Shown here in pieces: positions 36,238-49,517 of a stretch of 64,000 nucleotides of DNA (positions are counted from its first letter, which is position 1; every line of letters starts with the position of its first letter). A program made the translations under genes and the position numbers. The notes under the pieces were generated by a model. That model searched no databases, was not told where the DNA came from, and saw only the letters and a program-made list of their open reading frames with translations. This DNA comes from Hydrurus foetidus (Eukaryota), in assembly GCA_900617105.1 (NCBI GenBank), contig UYFQ01000163.1, positions 1-64,000 on the forward strand, given 5' to 3'.

Positions 36238-36667
36238 TGTATCTATTTGTTCTACTATTCGACAATGTTCTGGGGAATTTGATCTAGATAGAAGAAGATC
36301 ATTTTAAATTTTTAACGATGAAGTGGTTATTGCATAATCAACATGACAGCAGAGAGGTGAAGTGGAGTTTACTCGACTTCCAATCTTCCAACGCAGGTAT
36401 AGGGTAGTTCAGAGTCTTCACGTTCCGAACGGTACCAAACTGAACGCGTGTGTGACACGAAACTTTTAACCGTATACAACCGTTTACCGTACTGTTTGGC
36501 GATTCTGGCATGACCACCAGATCCGACATCTTGTTACCTCATGCACTCTCCCCTACTCATTCAGTTCCACTTGGAATACAGCGTTCATTCGAAAAAGGAT
36601 CCCTCCGCCAGCAAAAGTGGTCTCTTCGCAATCAGTGCATATCTGATAATTTTGACGATTCCAAGAT

Positions 36668-38005
36668 ATGAAAATCAAGACAATATCGCGAACGGAGGAA
36701 GACTACACAAGGAAGTCGAAGCATGACATCACTAAAGTGCATCGCAACAGAGATCCTGCTCTGCATCCCTTTGAGAAAGCGAGAGAATACACGAAAGCTG
36801 TTGTGGCGACAAAACTAGACAAGATTTTTGCGAAACCGTTCATAGGAGCTCTTGATGGTCATACTGATGGCGTTTATTGCTCCAGCTCAATACGGAACAA
36901 GAATGTCCCCTTTATATCGGGCGCCTGTGATGGCGAGTTAAAAGTATGGGACTTGTCCAGACGGGTCTGTTTTTGGTCAGCGATCGCTCATGCTGGTTTT
37001 GTACGAGGCATTTCCCCAGATACAACGGGCAGTACTTTCTACACTTGCGGTGACGACAAACTTATCAAACAGTGGGCTCTAGAGCCGCAAGGCTCTAATA
37101 CTGATATTAAGCCGATAAACAGCTTTCTCTCCCCACACTCTTTAACATCCATTGATCACCACTGGGCAGACAAGCAGTTCGCCACAAGTGGGGAGGCCAT
37201 TGTGATTTGGGACACAAACCGACCTGATCCAATCCATACGTACAAATGGGGATCAGATTCTGTGCTTTCGGTCAAATTCAATCCCGCAGAAGCGTCTTTG
37301 CTAGCCTCGACAGCAGCAGATAGGAGCGTCGTCTTGTACGATTTACGTGTATCTGTCCCTATGAGGAAATTTGTTCTTCCTATGGTCTCGAACAAAGTTT
37401 GCTGGAATCCTATGGAACCTTTCAATTTTATCCTAGCGAATGAAGATCACAATATTTATTCATTTGATATGCGTAAGTTAGACAAAGCGATCATGATTCA
37501 CAAGGACCACGTCTCAGCAGTGATGGATGTGGCGTTTAGCCCGACAGGAAGAGAGTTCGTGTCAGGCTCATACGACCGTACAGTACGTATCTTCAAGACT
37601 TCTGTCGGAAGAAGTAGAGACGGCTATCACACTAAGAGAATGCAAAGAATATTCTGCGTGAATTATTCCGCTGATGCTAGATTTGTTCTTTCTGGTAGTG
37701 ATGATACGAACGTGCGTATTTGGAAGGCAGATGCTTCTCAGACTGTCGGCGTCATATCAGGCAGAAAAGAGAGAAGTGAGCGATTCAATACAGCCATCAA
37801 AAAGAGATTCTCACACATGCCTGAGGTCAAGAGAATATCGAACGATAAGAGGGTTCCTAATTCTATCAAGAAGGCGGCTTCCATTAAACACATTCAAGCC
37901 ACATCAGAAAGAAGAAAGCAGGACAACAGAAAGAAGCACAGTAAGCCTGAAGATGTGCATATGGACCCAGAGAGAAAAAGAGTTGTTCTCAAAGAGTTCA
38001 AATAA
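36668..38005 (+). CDS. DCAF13: DDB1- and CUL4-associated factor 13 / Sof1 (WD40, U3 snoRNP / SSU processome)
   Basis: Intronless, 445 aa. MKIKTISR...RNRDPALHPFEKAREYTKA...KLDKIFAKPF, WD repeats, YHTKRMQR, SGSDDTNVRIWKA and a C-terminal Sof1 domain. Confidence 0.97.
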   Translation: MKIKTISRTEEDYTRKSKHDITKVHRNRDPALHPFEKAREYTKAVVATKLDKIFAKPFIGALDGHTDGVYCSSSIRNKNVPFISGACDGELKVWDLSRRVCFWSAIAHAGFVRGISPDTTGSTFYTCGDDKLIKQWALEPQGSNTDIKPINSFLSPHSLTSIDHHWADKQFATSGEAIVIWDTNRPDPIHTYKWGSDSVLSVKFNPAEASLLASTAADRSVVLYDLRVSVPMRKFVLPMVSNKVCWNPMEPFNFILANEDHNIYSFDMRKLDKAIMIHKDHVSAVMDVAFSPTGREFVSGSYDRTVRIFKTSVGRSRDGYHTKRMQRIFCVNYSADARFVLSGSDDTNVRIWKADASQTVGVISGRKERSERFNTAIKKRFSHMPEVKRISNDKRVPNSIKKAASIKHIQATSERRKQDNRKKHSKPEDVHMDPERKRVVLKEFK

Positions 38006-38374
38006 AGCACATTTTATTTTCGAATTTTGATTTATGGTCATGATTTGTATATTGTGTACACTACATTATTTCACACAAAACTGTTATTTACAACGTACGA
38101 AAAATAAACCATAAATTTGTGAAAATATGAAGGACAACATGTAAAAATCAAAAGTAATGATAATGCGTTACATTTTGAAGTAACCAATAACCTGAGATTC
38201 CTGAGGTCGATTCGATGCGGTACACCCGAGAGTAATGACCAGAGGAATTATCAGGTATGACGCAGAATAACCGTCACGTCGAATACAGAGATAAGATAAA
38301 TTGAAGTCAAGTTTGAATCTTCAAAACAACTAAGTAGCCTGATCACATGGAGTGCAGTCTAGTGGAGTAAATTT

Positions 38375-40236
38375 CTAATTGCCGTATGTGTCTGCGAACA
38401 AGGCTTTGTTTTCTCTGACTAGACCGTTACCCGTGATCTGAAGGGGTTTCTCCTTCTCATTGTCGTACAGTCGACCCTTCGCCAGCAACTTGAACACGAG
38501 TTTCCATGCCGCTCCTCCGTCTCTCTCAAGCACACTGACGCTGTCTTTATACTCAGATATAGAGCTGGGTAGGTACAAAATGAAATAGTGTGACATTCAC
38601 AGAAATATCAGTAAAGGGACAGTCATGGCGAAGGAATCCTCCAACATGGCACAAATAAGTAAATTGCGCTATCATCTGCAATGCACGAGAAAGCTGTTTA
38701 TAGAAAGATAAGAAGAATGTGTCGATCATGATAAAAAAATGAAATAAATTTGCACATCATTCTCACCTCATGAATGTCCGAACTGCACCAAAATCTGAGT
38801 CACAGATGTCTTCAAATATCATCTTAATTTCCCTCTGTGACAGCTGCCTCATGTTCCTCTCACCGATAGGAGTGAGAATGTTCAACTTAGGAGCCTTCAC
38901 TCCATCTGTTCAAATGTGGAATAATTGGGTCGGAAGTTATTAGAGATTTAGGATACGGTTACGACTATCAATCACTGACAGGTGATCACTGACAGGCACA
39001 GATAATCCGTCAACGGGGTTTGTAAGATATCTGTAAAAAAAACAAATACGAACGCATACAAAACTTCTGAAATCGGCAATGACAAACACAGGCTGTACAT
39101 TAGTCGTAGTGAAAAATGATGAAACAAAAATGATGATGATGATGATAAAACGAAGCACTGTTACTTAAAATGATGAAAAATGAAAAATGATGAACGAAAC
39201 TCAGTTACTTACTCATTTTCGCTCTGGCCATCTCAGCTCCAGCATTATCATCACTAAAACTGGCAAATACCAATTCTAGGAAGACGAATCCAAGCTGATA
39301 CATGTCCTGTATCATTCCTTCCCTCGCCCCTTGTGGACCTAATTCTGAGAATTTCTGCGACGCACCTAAATCTGTCAGAGTTATTCCTAACTCGTCTAAG
39401 CTCTGCTGATTAGTAGTGCTCATCCACAGAGATTCTGAGCTGACTGCATTGTGGCAATATCCAGTGCGATGAATGAAATCTACGGACTCCAAACTTGTTC
39501 TCACGATCTTGCGGATAAATCTCCATCTTTTCGTAACTCTTTCATCCTTACGGAAATAATCCAAGCCCTCTATAACTTGAGGTAATGGTGGAAATGTTTT
39601 CAAAGATTTAAACGAGGATTTGTCCCACTTATAGATAAGCCATAAATTGCCAGCACCAGGTGGTTTCGTGCTAGGAAACATCATGGTCCACCTGTTTCTG
39701 AAAACAGGATCCTCGACACGTTCATCGGTTTTCAGGGACCCAAGTAATATTGGAAAAGGTGGGATATTCCCTTCGATTGATGTCTCTAACTCGTTCCATC
39801 TAGCAACAAGCTTTCTCGTTGTCAACAGCTCACGTCGTCCAAATGACAGCCCTATCGGCAGAAACTCTTTCAGGAAGCATTTTGTTCCACCAGGGATCCG
39901 AGCTTCGAAGACCCTTACGGATGTTGCCGTGCCCGTGTTGGATAATGCCCCTGTCCATTGATTGAATTCATTCATTTTCTTCTCATTGTTTCCAGATCTC
40001 TCCAATTCTCTCTTCGCATCTTCAATTATCTGTCTGTCGATTTGAACATCAATCTTCCCGATCATGCGAATGATTTCAACTTGACCAGCATCGAACGAAA
40101 TATCCCTAGGCAACGCATCAATTCTATGCAATCTTGCTCTATATTGAGAAAGCAATGAACCTGACGTTGCATAGGAGTTGACATTAATGATAGATGAGAA
40201 ACTCATCCCCAATACGGCGACCATCCAGGAATCCAT
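38375..40236 (-). CDS. STN7/ORG1-like kinase-fold protein, probable pseudokinase; exons 40236-39213, 38905-38767, 38564-38375
   Basis: FLKEF, WLIYKW, RWRFIRKIV...FIHRTGYCHNAV, LTDLG, DMYQLGFVFLELVF, IFEDICDSDF, LERDGGAAWKLVFKLL. Introns are GT-AG and frame-consistent. Hydrophobic N-terminus. Confidence 0.7.
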
Positions 40237-41225
40237 CTCGACGGTAGCTACTTCTCTTTAAAAATTCGACTCTGTCTGAAGGATGCTTCTTCTGAGGCTG
40301 GAGTTCCTTTCACTGCAAGTTGATATTGTTGGTGTTTGCTGTTACGATGCAGTTGAGAGATGTCTTGCAAGAAGACCTTCAACTGAGAGTTGAGAGTTTG
40401 ACGTGATAATAATTCTTGTCGGATTGATTCTTGAGAGGGGGTCCGAGGTCTCCAGTTTCCTAACAGCGAACGAACAGCCAAAAACTTCGATGCGTCTCAG
40501 AAATTGGAAGATTAAAAAAGAATGCAAGTCGAATGCAATCTCTATTTATGTTAGCTGTTAAATGCTGAGTACAAGCTATTTCATGGTATTGTTGAATCGA
40601 AATTACAAGCGAGAGAGTGAATAGTGTACTCTAATCAAATAACAACATTAACTTATCATAAGCGTTGTTACCAATGAGGAATCTCGAACGCGCTAAATTG
40701 TAGGCAAAATAAGTTTGATGGTAAACCTACAATGATGAGTTGACTAAAATATGAGAATTCAAATTAACGTGTGCAACTAAAATACTGTCATAGGATGAGC
40801 ATAAGAATGAGAAATGCTTCTGGGGGATTTATCTAATAAATTGAAGAACTGAAAGAATTGAAAATAACAGGAAAGTGGGGAAAAAATTGGAGAGAAGAAG
40901 GCGATGTAATTTTAAGACAATCGGCCCAAATTCTATAAAATGATGTATGCACTTTATAAATCAAAAATCGACGTGAGATATGTAGGAGTCAGATATGACT
41001 TCGATGGAAATAATCAATACAGTAAACAAGATAAAATGGAGCAAGTTTGGATGATTGTAATTCAAAACCCTGACCCCGATATCCCTCCCTCGTAAACTGT
41101 TTGCTTCATGTTAATCCTTTGAGCTGATTCGATGAATAGATTCCGATGCGACATCTCATCTGTGGAAAATCACGAGTAAACTACAATCTACTGTTGACAG
41201 AAATCGTGATGAATAAACTAATATT

Positions 41226-44200
41226 CTAAAAAAGAAAACCAGGTTCGATAGCCTGTTGGTGAACCTCATTCAGAATAGTATCCATTTCTTTGGTAGAAGA
41301 GTTGCATGCGTTGGAGTTGAACGATGGTTTCTGATAGCCGCTATTGTCCTGAAAATGAAACACTTTGTCATCTTGATATTTCCTTCTGATTGATAGAGTT
41401 ACATCCCTCACTGACGCACTTTTACGACCCTCAGTCGTATTTTTGAAGTTGAACAATTGAGCAAACCGTGTGTGGTCGGTGGCGGGACCTTGGCCGGATT
41501 TACGGCCACCAGCCACGGCTGATTTCGGCTTCGGCATGATGTTCGTCCTGGCCATCTTGGTGATACTAGCGGCTAGTATGACTTTTCTTTTTTGGAATGA
41601 ACCGGAGGTACCAGCAGAAGATACGTCTTGCCATTCTTTGCGTTGGTTCCTTTCGATGGGTACTAGCGCTCTTCTGTCTTTGTCCTGAACACTTCTCATC
41701 AAATCTAGCACACTATCGTCTTTCTTCACCCCTGTTTCTCTGTTCCCGTATCCATGCTGTTCAGGCAGAAGGTCCTTTGACCGATGATTCTTATCCCTCA
41801 GGGGACTCAGAGCTCTGTCTGTGATGACCTTGGACTGATGAGCAGTACCGGAGAGATTATAATAATAATTATTGCTGCTGTTGTTGCTATTGATGTTGCA
41901 GTTTGAGTGTGTGTGTGTGTTGTCAGATGTCGCTTGGCTGCCCAGGCTTGGCCCGGCTGTTGATGGTCTTCTGCCTACCCCTCCCACCACCCCTGATCCT
42001 GTCCCTACCAGCGTCCCAGTCCCTGCACTGGAGGCAATGTGAGAGTTTGATAGCGCACCACTGAGTGTTATAGCTGCTGCTCTGTCTATGCTCACACTCC
42101 TCTTCCTGGTGAACCTGTTTTGACCCTGGCCCTGACCCCCTTCACTACTCCTCCCCCTGCGACTCTGATTCTGACGTACGTCACTGTCACTGTATACGTC
42201 ATCGTGAGAAAATTCTTCTTGGACGCAGTGCTCATTGTCTTCATCCAGATCGGATTCCTCTATGCCTGCAAAATCGCATTATGGAATAAAAAAAAAAAAA
42301 AAATTAAATTGTGAAGTAATTCGCATCAAACGGAAAGAAGAAACAACAGAGAACTCCATAAGATGCACCATACTTTATACGTAATGTCATCAGCAACATC
42401 CATAAATCTCAATGCGTCCTCTTGTCATTCGAAGATGGGAATGAGAATTGATGAGAAGAGAAGGAACCTGGAATCTTACGTGTTTCAGGTCTAGGTTCGT
42501 GTAGTGCAATTTTTATGCCACTTCCTCGTTTCAAGGTGTCAGCTGATCGGGCTCGATTTGTGGACTTTTTGATTCTTCTCGCGCCTGAGAATGACATACG
42601 GTGAAGATTGAGGTTTGATTGGGAGGTTCAGAAATACAGAAAATTTCAGAGATACAGAAAATTTCAGCAATATGATCGAAAGTGAAGCATAGTGAATTGA
42701 AGCAAGTTTGAGTGAAGGAAGTGAAGTGAAGTGAAGTGAAGTGAAAAGAGGTGGGGTGAGGTGAGGAGAGAAGAAAAGTAACGCGTAGTGATCATCATGT
42801 CAAGAGGAAAGGGCATGAGACATCATGCAGACAGACACAGAGCGCTTTGGACTCGCAGAAGAAGTAACGCACATAAATTCATTTCATCTAAAGAGTGACA
42901 CCATGCAGTTGTTCCACACTACACTGCACTGTGGAAGTAAACACCAATAATCAATGCTGAAGATTATAGTAGTGCGTTACCAGTGGTAGATGGGCGACAC
43001 TCATATTCCGATCTGCTCACAGCTCCTCTGAACATCTGTGCCCTATCGTAGCCCACGTCAATATCACCACCCACCAAATGTCTGTTGCTGAATAATGTAC
43101 ACTCTAGAAGATCTTCCGATATTTTCTGGCCCTTTAGGGGGTCGTTGTGACGCAGGTCGATGCGCAGAGGGGGGGATCCTGGGTCAGATTCCTTGGGGGA
43201 TCTGAAAGAGTTAATAGGGTGTGGAGGGGTTGATATTGGGTCGAGTTGTGGTAGATGAGAGAAGGATGGTACATGATGTGGACATTGAAATTAGGAAGTT
43301 CTGGGGTATGGCATGGGACGCGGAGTGGTGTAATAATAATTGCTCTCATTATTCGAAAAGGAGTATTACACTGATACGACTTATCACGAAGTCACTGTAT
43401 GCGTAACATGAAGACAAGCACTGCCATCGCTATCACACACTCGCTACTACCAATGGTACCTTTTCGAATTGCCTCTCATGCCCTCAATCATTATCATCAG
43501 AATGTCCCCCACTCGGTCCGTCTCTTTGGGGACCACGGAAATATCGGGCCGGGCCTTCCTCTGGTTTGTCTGCACCACACTGAGATAAAGGGTGGGCATG
43601 GTGTAGAGTGGATCGAAGTAAGATAGTGTGGGATAGAAGAAGGCAGAGAAAATGAATGGTAACTTCAACTTCAACATCAGAACAACCCAACATAATACTA
43701 TACAGCACAACGCAGTAGAGTACAGCACAACACAGAACAACAAAAAACAATACAGTGCAGTACTCTGAATCTAGATCCAGAGTCCCATTGACTAATTGTC
43801 TCACCTGGCATTACGAGACACCGCGCTCACTAGCACTTTCACCCCCTCTGGGGATATGTAATTGCCCCTCAAGTCAAGCATACGGAGATTGGCAGAGCGC
43901 TCAATTAGAACAGAAAGAGTCTGTAAAAGAAGTGCGTGTCAAGTGGAGGTGAAGTGAGATGCGTACTGGAGAGGGGACGATTGCGGATATCAGTAGGAGC
44001 GATATAAAATAATGAGGGACTCCAGGTGGGAAATAGAATTGCGAAAGAAATGCATGATGCTAGTACACCACCTTGCAGGAAAGATCAGTGAGGGAATTCC
44101 CCTTTAGATTGAGAAGGAGTATCCGGTCTAAATAGTCCCTGCCCCCAGTGACCCCCTTTAACAGAGCAGAGGCGGTCCTGGGGGGCGGGGCTAATGCCCT

Positions 44201-46798
44201 GGGGTCTGACCCCGATCCCAGTCCCGGACCCAGTACTGATACTGGGTGTGCGGCTTGGGTGGAAGGTGCGTCAGTCGATGGGGACTTCTTGAGAATATCT
44301 AGCACTGCGAAGAGAGTCTCATCGTCCACACCGCATTCCGGTAGACACAGCTCGATTGCCCCGGCTAAACCGGTTAAACTTCCGCTACCCACAGTAGTGA
44401 CTGACAATTCCTCACTAGTGCGTACTAGATCTTGGAGAAGGGAAGTCACCTCGGACCCTGGACCTTGATTCTGGATTGTGTTTGTTCTTTCTAGTTGTTT
44501 ACTGGCCCTTTTGCTAACGTCACTGATCACGATTAACATGTCGCTTAGTGCGATCTGATCACGCACTAACTTCAGTATCGCGGTCTAGTATAGTGGTAAA
44601 TGATGGTGGATTGTAATCGTTAATTAAAATTTAAAGAAACAAGTAGAAGAAAAGTATCTTGAAACTGAATCAAGAAAATGAGCAATTCAATGCTTTCGTG
44701 GACTGGTCTTCGCAAAAAGCATTGAACTCATGGTACACGCAATATGGCCCACCTGCTTCATCGCCCTCTCTTTGGTGAACAGAAGTCTCGCAGTATTTGA
44801 CCGTGATTTCAAATTAGCAGCACGGGAAATAAGCGCAGTGCTTTCCATCCTACCGCTGCACAGCTGCTGATGTATTTCTTGAACCTGTGTGCGGTGAAAG
44901 TTCAAGACGCTAGCTAGTTTCTCTGCGAATAAAGGGAGAGTGGACGCATCTTTTTTACTGTGGCTGTGACACAGCTTCATGAACACAGGGAGTTGCAAGG
45001 CGTTGAGCAGTTCATCTGCATCGACTGATGAGCCCTTTTTGTCTTTGTCGCTCATGACTATCTCACACATGCCACTGTCGCACTGACGCACTTCATACAA
45101 CGCAGAATCTGAATGTTGTGTTCTTTTCTTCCTAGATAGCGATGACGCACTTGCAGAGCTGAATGCGCAAATAACATCAAACATCGCTTTTTCAATGGCC
45201 CTCTCCGCCTTGACCAGTGTTCCACCTGAAACAACTCCATCAGCAGTATCGCTAGACCCCTCTACACCATTCTCGAAACAGTCATGTGAAGTGGAGCTCT
45301 CTAAACACTTCAACGCAGAGAACTGCAGCGTTGCACTGCCATCGCTGTTGAAGTTGCGTGCGTCACTGAAGTCCATCGTGCTGAGTGCGGAGGTTGCAGA
45401 ACAACTCTGATAAGACACTCTCTCTTTTCTGAGCAATTTATTGGCCTTATGCAGACCTTGAACTTCTGCTTTAAGAACGCTCTTCTGCTCTACCCATGCA
45501 GCTCTAAAATCGGATGCTTGCTCTAATTGCTCCAGAAGAAAACACACGCGCAAATGCAATGTACGTGCTGACTCTTCTGCTGATCTTCTTAACTTTCTCT
45601 CCGTACTTACGGATTCCAAGGCGAGGTGCTTTTCACGCACTGCTGATGCCGCTGTCTGTTGGAGATATAGGAATTCTTTTTCTTTCAGCAGAGGCGTTCC
45701 TTTTATACGGTCTATTTGTAATTTAAGATCTTGGCTCTCATTCCTCAGCCGTAAAATATCGTTCTTTAGAGACTTTATTTCGGATTTATCAGACACGCCT
45801 CGCTCTTTATATTCCTGTGCAGTGGCAGCGTAGGTAGCAAGCTCTGTTGCTGCTGCTTCTAGTCTAGCTTTCAATTGAATCCGCTCACCATCAGCGTTTA
45901 CTTGAGTCTTCTCGTAGCCCACAACTGTACATGCTAGATCATGCGAGCACTGCTGAAGCTGATCGTGCTCCTGTTCGAGTTTGGTGAAGCTTCTCTTATT
46001 ATCTCTCTCTAGTGTCGCAAATTTGATCCTCATGTCGTCTAATTTCATCTGCAAAACCGTATACAACTCGTTGCTGACGAGTACATCTGATTGAAGTCTC
46101 TCTATCTCCTCCTTAGACGAGGTTATGATCTTATTCTTTTCTATCAGGAGCACATGCTTCTCATCCAGCTGCTCCTCATGAACATGTGAGAGATTTCTGG
46201 AATTGTTTATTCTATTCATGAGATCCTCAATTTCATACTCGAATTGCTTGTTTTTCAGATCGGCGGTTTCAGTCTTCAGTTGTAGAGTCGTCACATCCGT
46301 TTTCAAAGCATCTTCGGAAATCTTACTGCATTTCAGAAGGGCTGTAAGGCGCTTTATCTCCTCTAAAGGCGGGGGAGTTGACTTTTCTTTTAAGCTCTTC
46401 ACTTCTGCTTCTAAACTTTTCACCTTCCTCACTGCTGTACTTGATGCTGACTCACTCTTCTTCAACTTTTCAGTCAACTGAATCGATTCCTCAACTTCCT
46501 TGAGGTCAGCTCTTTGTGATGCTATCGTGGCACTGGCATTTCGAAGAGACTGTTGAAGCTGTTCGTTTAGTTCTTGGCACGACTGTAACTCGGCACATGC
46601 AGATTTATGTTCTTTCTGTGATTTCCTCAACTCGGCTAGATGCCCGGCAGACTCCCGCTCTTTCCACAAAACATCTGTAGTCGCTTTCTCCAACTTTCGT
46701 TTCAAATCAAGAACCTCATTCGCTGTTGCGCTCAGAGATAAAGAAACCCTGGCGGTTTGGCCATCGACATATAAATGATCCATCGATGACTTGATCAT
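41226..46798 (-). CDS. Large coiled-coil protein with RNI-like leucine-rich repeats and a disordered C-terminus (multi-exon, boundaries approximate)
   Basis: Long heptad-rich ORF 44687-46948. LRR motifs LLNLKGNSLTD (ORF 44060-44566) and LRMLDLRGNYISPEG (exon 43920-43806). Terminal exon ~42267-41226. Start codon uncertain. Confidence 0.6.
42705..42770. repeat. (AGTGA)n pentanucleotide microsatellite, probably intronic
   Basis: gtgaagtgaagtgaagtgaagtgaa followed by degenerate gtgag units. Confidence 0.8.
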
Positions 46799-47264
46799 AG
46801 CCGAGACGTGCGGTTGAGCAGCGGTCTCTGATGGCTCCGTGAAGAATACACAGCAACCAGCCAGCAGCGACACACGATCATAATGATTTGGCTTCTGTGT
46901 AGAAACGACTCTGCTGTAACCTATTGGGGGATGATGAAATGTGTCCACCTCTACATAAGTTATCTCATATCTCCGGTTCCAGAATAATTCGAGAGATCTG
47001 ATCTGGGATCCTCATAGATTTGAGCATCTTAAATTTCTTTTGGTATAAGGCCCTTCCTAGTGGAGTACAAATTACAAAATACAAAATTCGGAAATTTTTG
47101 AACTTTTATTTTTGTACTTTGTACCTCTACGGTTGTAGTGGTTGACAAAATACGAAAGCTCTGTTTTGTCTCTTTTTTAAACCTCACGTTCGTAGTGGTT
47201 ATCATTTTACAAAACACAAATTAGCAACCTCTAAAAAATTTTGCCACCACCTCAATTTCGCAAG

Positions 47265-49240
47265 ATGGTCAAAAGTAAGGTTATGCAAGCCAAATCCAAG
47301 TCCGCGAAGAAATTTGTCGAGAAACTCAAAGCTCCCCAGTTGAAGGCGTTGCAGTATCTTCTTGCTGCTAACGCATATGTCTCAATTATTGAGGGATCTG
47401 CTCGGAGAAAGAAGACGCAGAAAGAAGACATGGAAATGTGAGTTGTTTAAACTCTGATTACAGCATTTTAACCTCTCAAGAACTCATCAATTTCATTGTC
47501 ACTTGATAGATTCTACCATGGTGATGGCGGCGACCAGCTTGGTCAAGTCAACCAGCTATTGAATGGGAATAATCGGTACAAAGTCTTATGGGACGGAGAT
47601 AAAATTGGTTCTGGTTTTGGAATTTTGAGCGGTATTAACAAAGATTCTATCAAGGAAATCATCAATATGCCGACCTTGTCTGGACGTAAGAGAATCACTG
47701 GCCGTCAACTGCTGTCTAAAGCAAAGGCGAGCATTAAAGAAGCCAAAGTTTTACTAGCGTATTGTACAGACTACACAAGGAACGGTGGTTTCCCGTCTGG
47801 GAAAAATGAGGAGGACGCTCTAGAATTCTGTAAGGAGTCTGTTACAGCGGAGCATCAACACAACATGGAGAAAGAAGATGACACTGATGACGACGAGGAG
47901 GAGGATGAGCCTCCAGTATCTCAAAGTCGTGTATTAACTCAACCTCTCAAGAACAGACGAGTAGTGGAATCCGATACTGAGGAACCTGAGGCTGAGGACG
48001 AAGGATCGGATGATGAAGACAATGAGAAGGAGTTTGTTTCAAAGAGGATTTACAATCCTCCTGCTCTTGTGACTTTCATGTTGCTTGGTCCTTATGGATG
48101 TGAAGCGTATGGATTCCCTGTATCGGCAGTTTTTAGCATTGATACAGAGTCAATTGAGGAAAACGCCAAGACGGGAATGTATAACACCAAGTCCATGAAA
48201 GAGGAAAAGAAAGCTGCTGCAGACCTTGTTCGGTAAGTCTTTGTCATATCTAATTTTAAATTTCAACCTCTCACTGATACGCTCTTAAATTACATAGTAC
48301 CGAAGGCGAGGGTCGAGGCTTGAGTAATTTCCAGTCTCAGCGTTTGGACTTGCAGAAAACCGAGATCAAGATTATGCAGGACTCTCAAGATCATCACAAG
48401 AAGAGAATGAAGGCGCAAGATGGGTATGCCGCTGCAAACTCCATGCTGGAAAAACATGGGAGTAGGATGAACGAGTCCCAATGTGCATACTGGTTCCAAG
48501 TTGCCAATAAATGGGCCATGGAAATGTCCACGTTCGAAGAAGAGGACACTCAAGCAGACTACGATACTCCTGTCGTCATTTCCAAACCAAAACATACGGT
48601 GCATCAGGATGAAGACACTACCACCGCATTTCGTTTAGATGAGGAATCAGTAGCCCCCAACTCATCCCTACAGAAGAAGAAATCGAAGACTGTGAAAGAC
48701 TCTACTGAGAGGAATTATTCTCTTATCAGCAATTCCCATCCAGTGGGACAGGTTCATCCTCCATTACAACCACCATCCACGGTTGTAACGAGTGTCATAA
48801 TCGAGAGGAGCCTACAACATGAAAATTCTATTCTACGATCTGATTCTACTCATACGGCTGCTGAAACACTGGAGTTTATTCTGGGATCTAATGGAGAACC
48901 AATACCAGAACCAGTCTATCAATCCTCTATTCAGATGTATCAGGCTACCATTGTACCATCAGCATCTTCTCACCTTTTCAGTAAGGAATCATCTGTACCT
49001 GTTGGACTCAAAAGCTCTGCCCCCAGCGAGGTTCGTAAAGTTAAACAGAAGATCGCAGCTGAAGCCCCAGTGAACACACTAGCGGACACCATCAATACCA
49101 ACAGCGGAAACAGCAGCAGACTGACCATCGGGAGTAGCGTAAGCCAAAGGGACAGTAACCCAGAGAAATCCAGCAGCAGCAGCAACAACAACAAGGAAGG
49201 CAAGAGGACTGTAAAGAAGAGAACTATTGATAGTGTTTAA
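47265..49240 (+). CDS. Harbinger accessory protein (expected Myb/SANT-like partner); exons 47265-47437, 47510-48232, 48298-49240
   Basis: Two GT-AG introns join three ORFs in frame. It lies inside the TIRs, convergent to the transposase. Domain identity not recognisable by eye. Confidence 0.7.
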
Positions 49241-49517
49241 TTGATTTATAACATGCCTTGTTTAAAATTGGTTTTGGTATTATGTACTCCACTACAATCG
49301 AGAGGTCCCAAAATGAGGATACAAAAAATAGAAAAATAAATATGTTTCGAAAGTATGATAATATAAGTTAAAACATGCTAATATAATTATGTGAATTGAT
49401 TTTAACGATAAATAAATTATAAAATTTTGTATAATTATTTTGTACTCCACTACAATCGAACGGATACAAAATTTGTATGAGTATATACAATACATGATAT
49501 ACAAGGAGTTAAAAACA

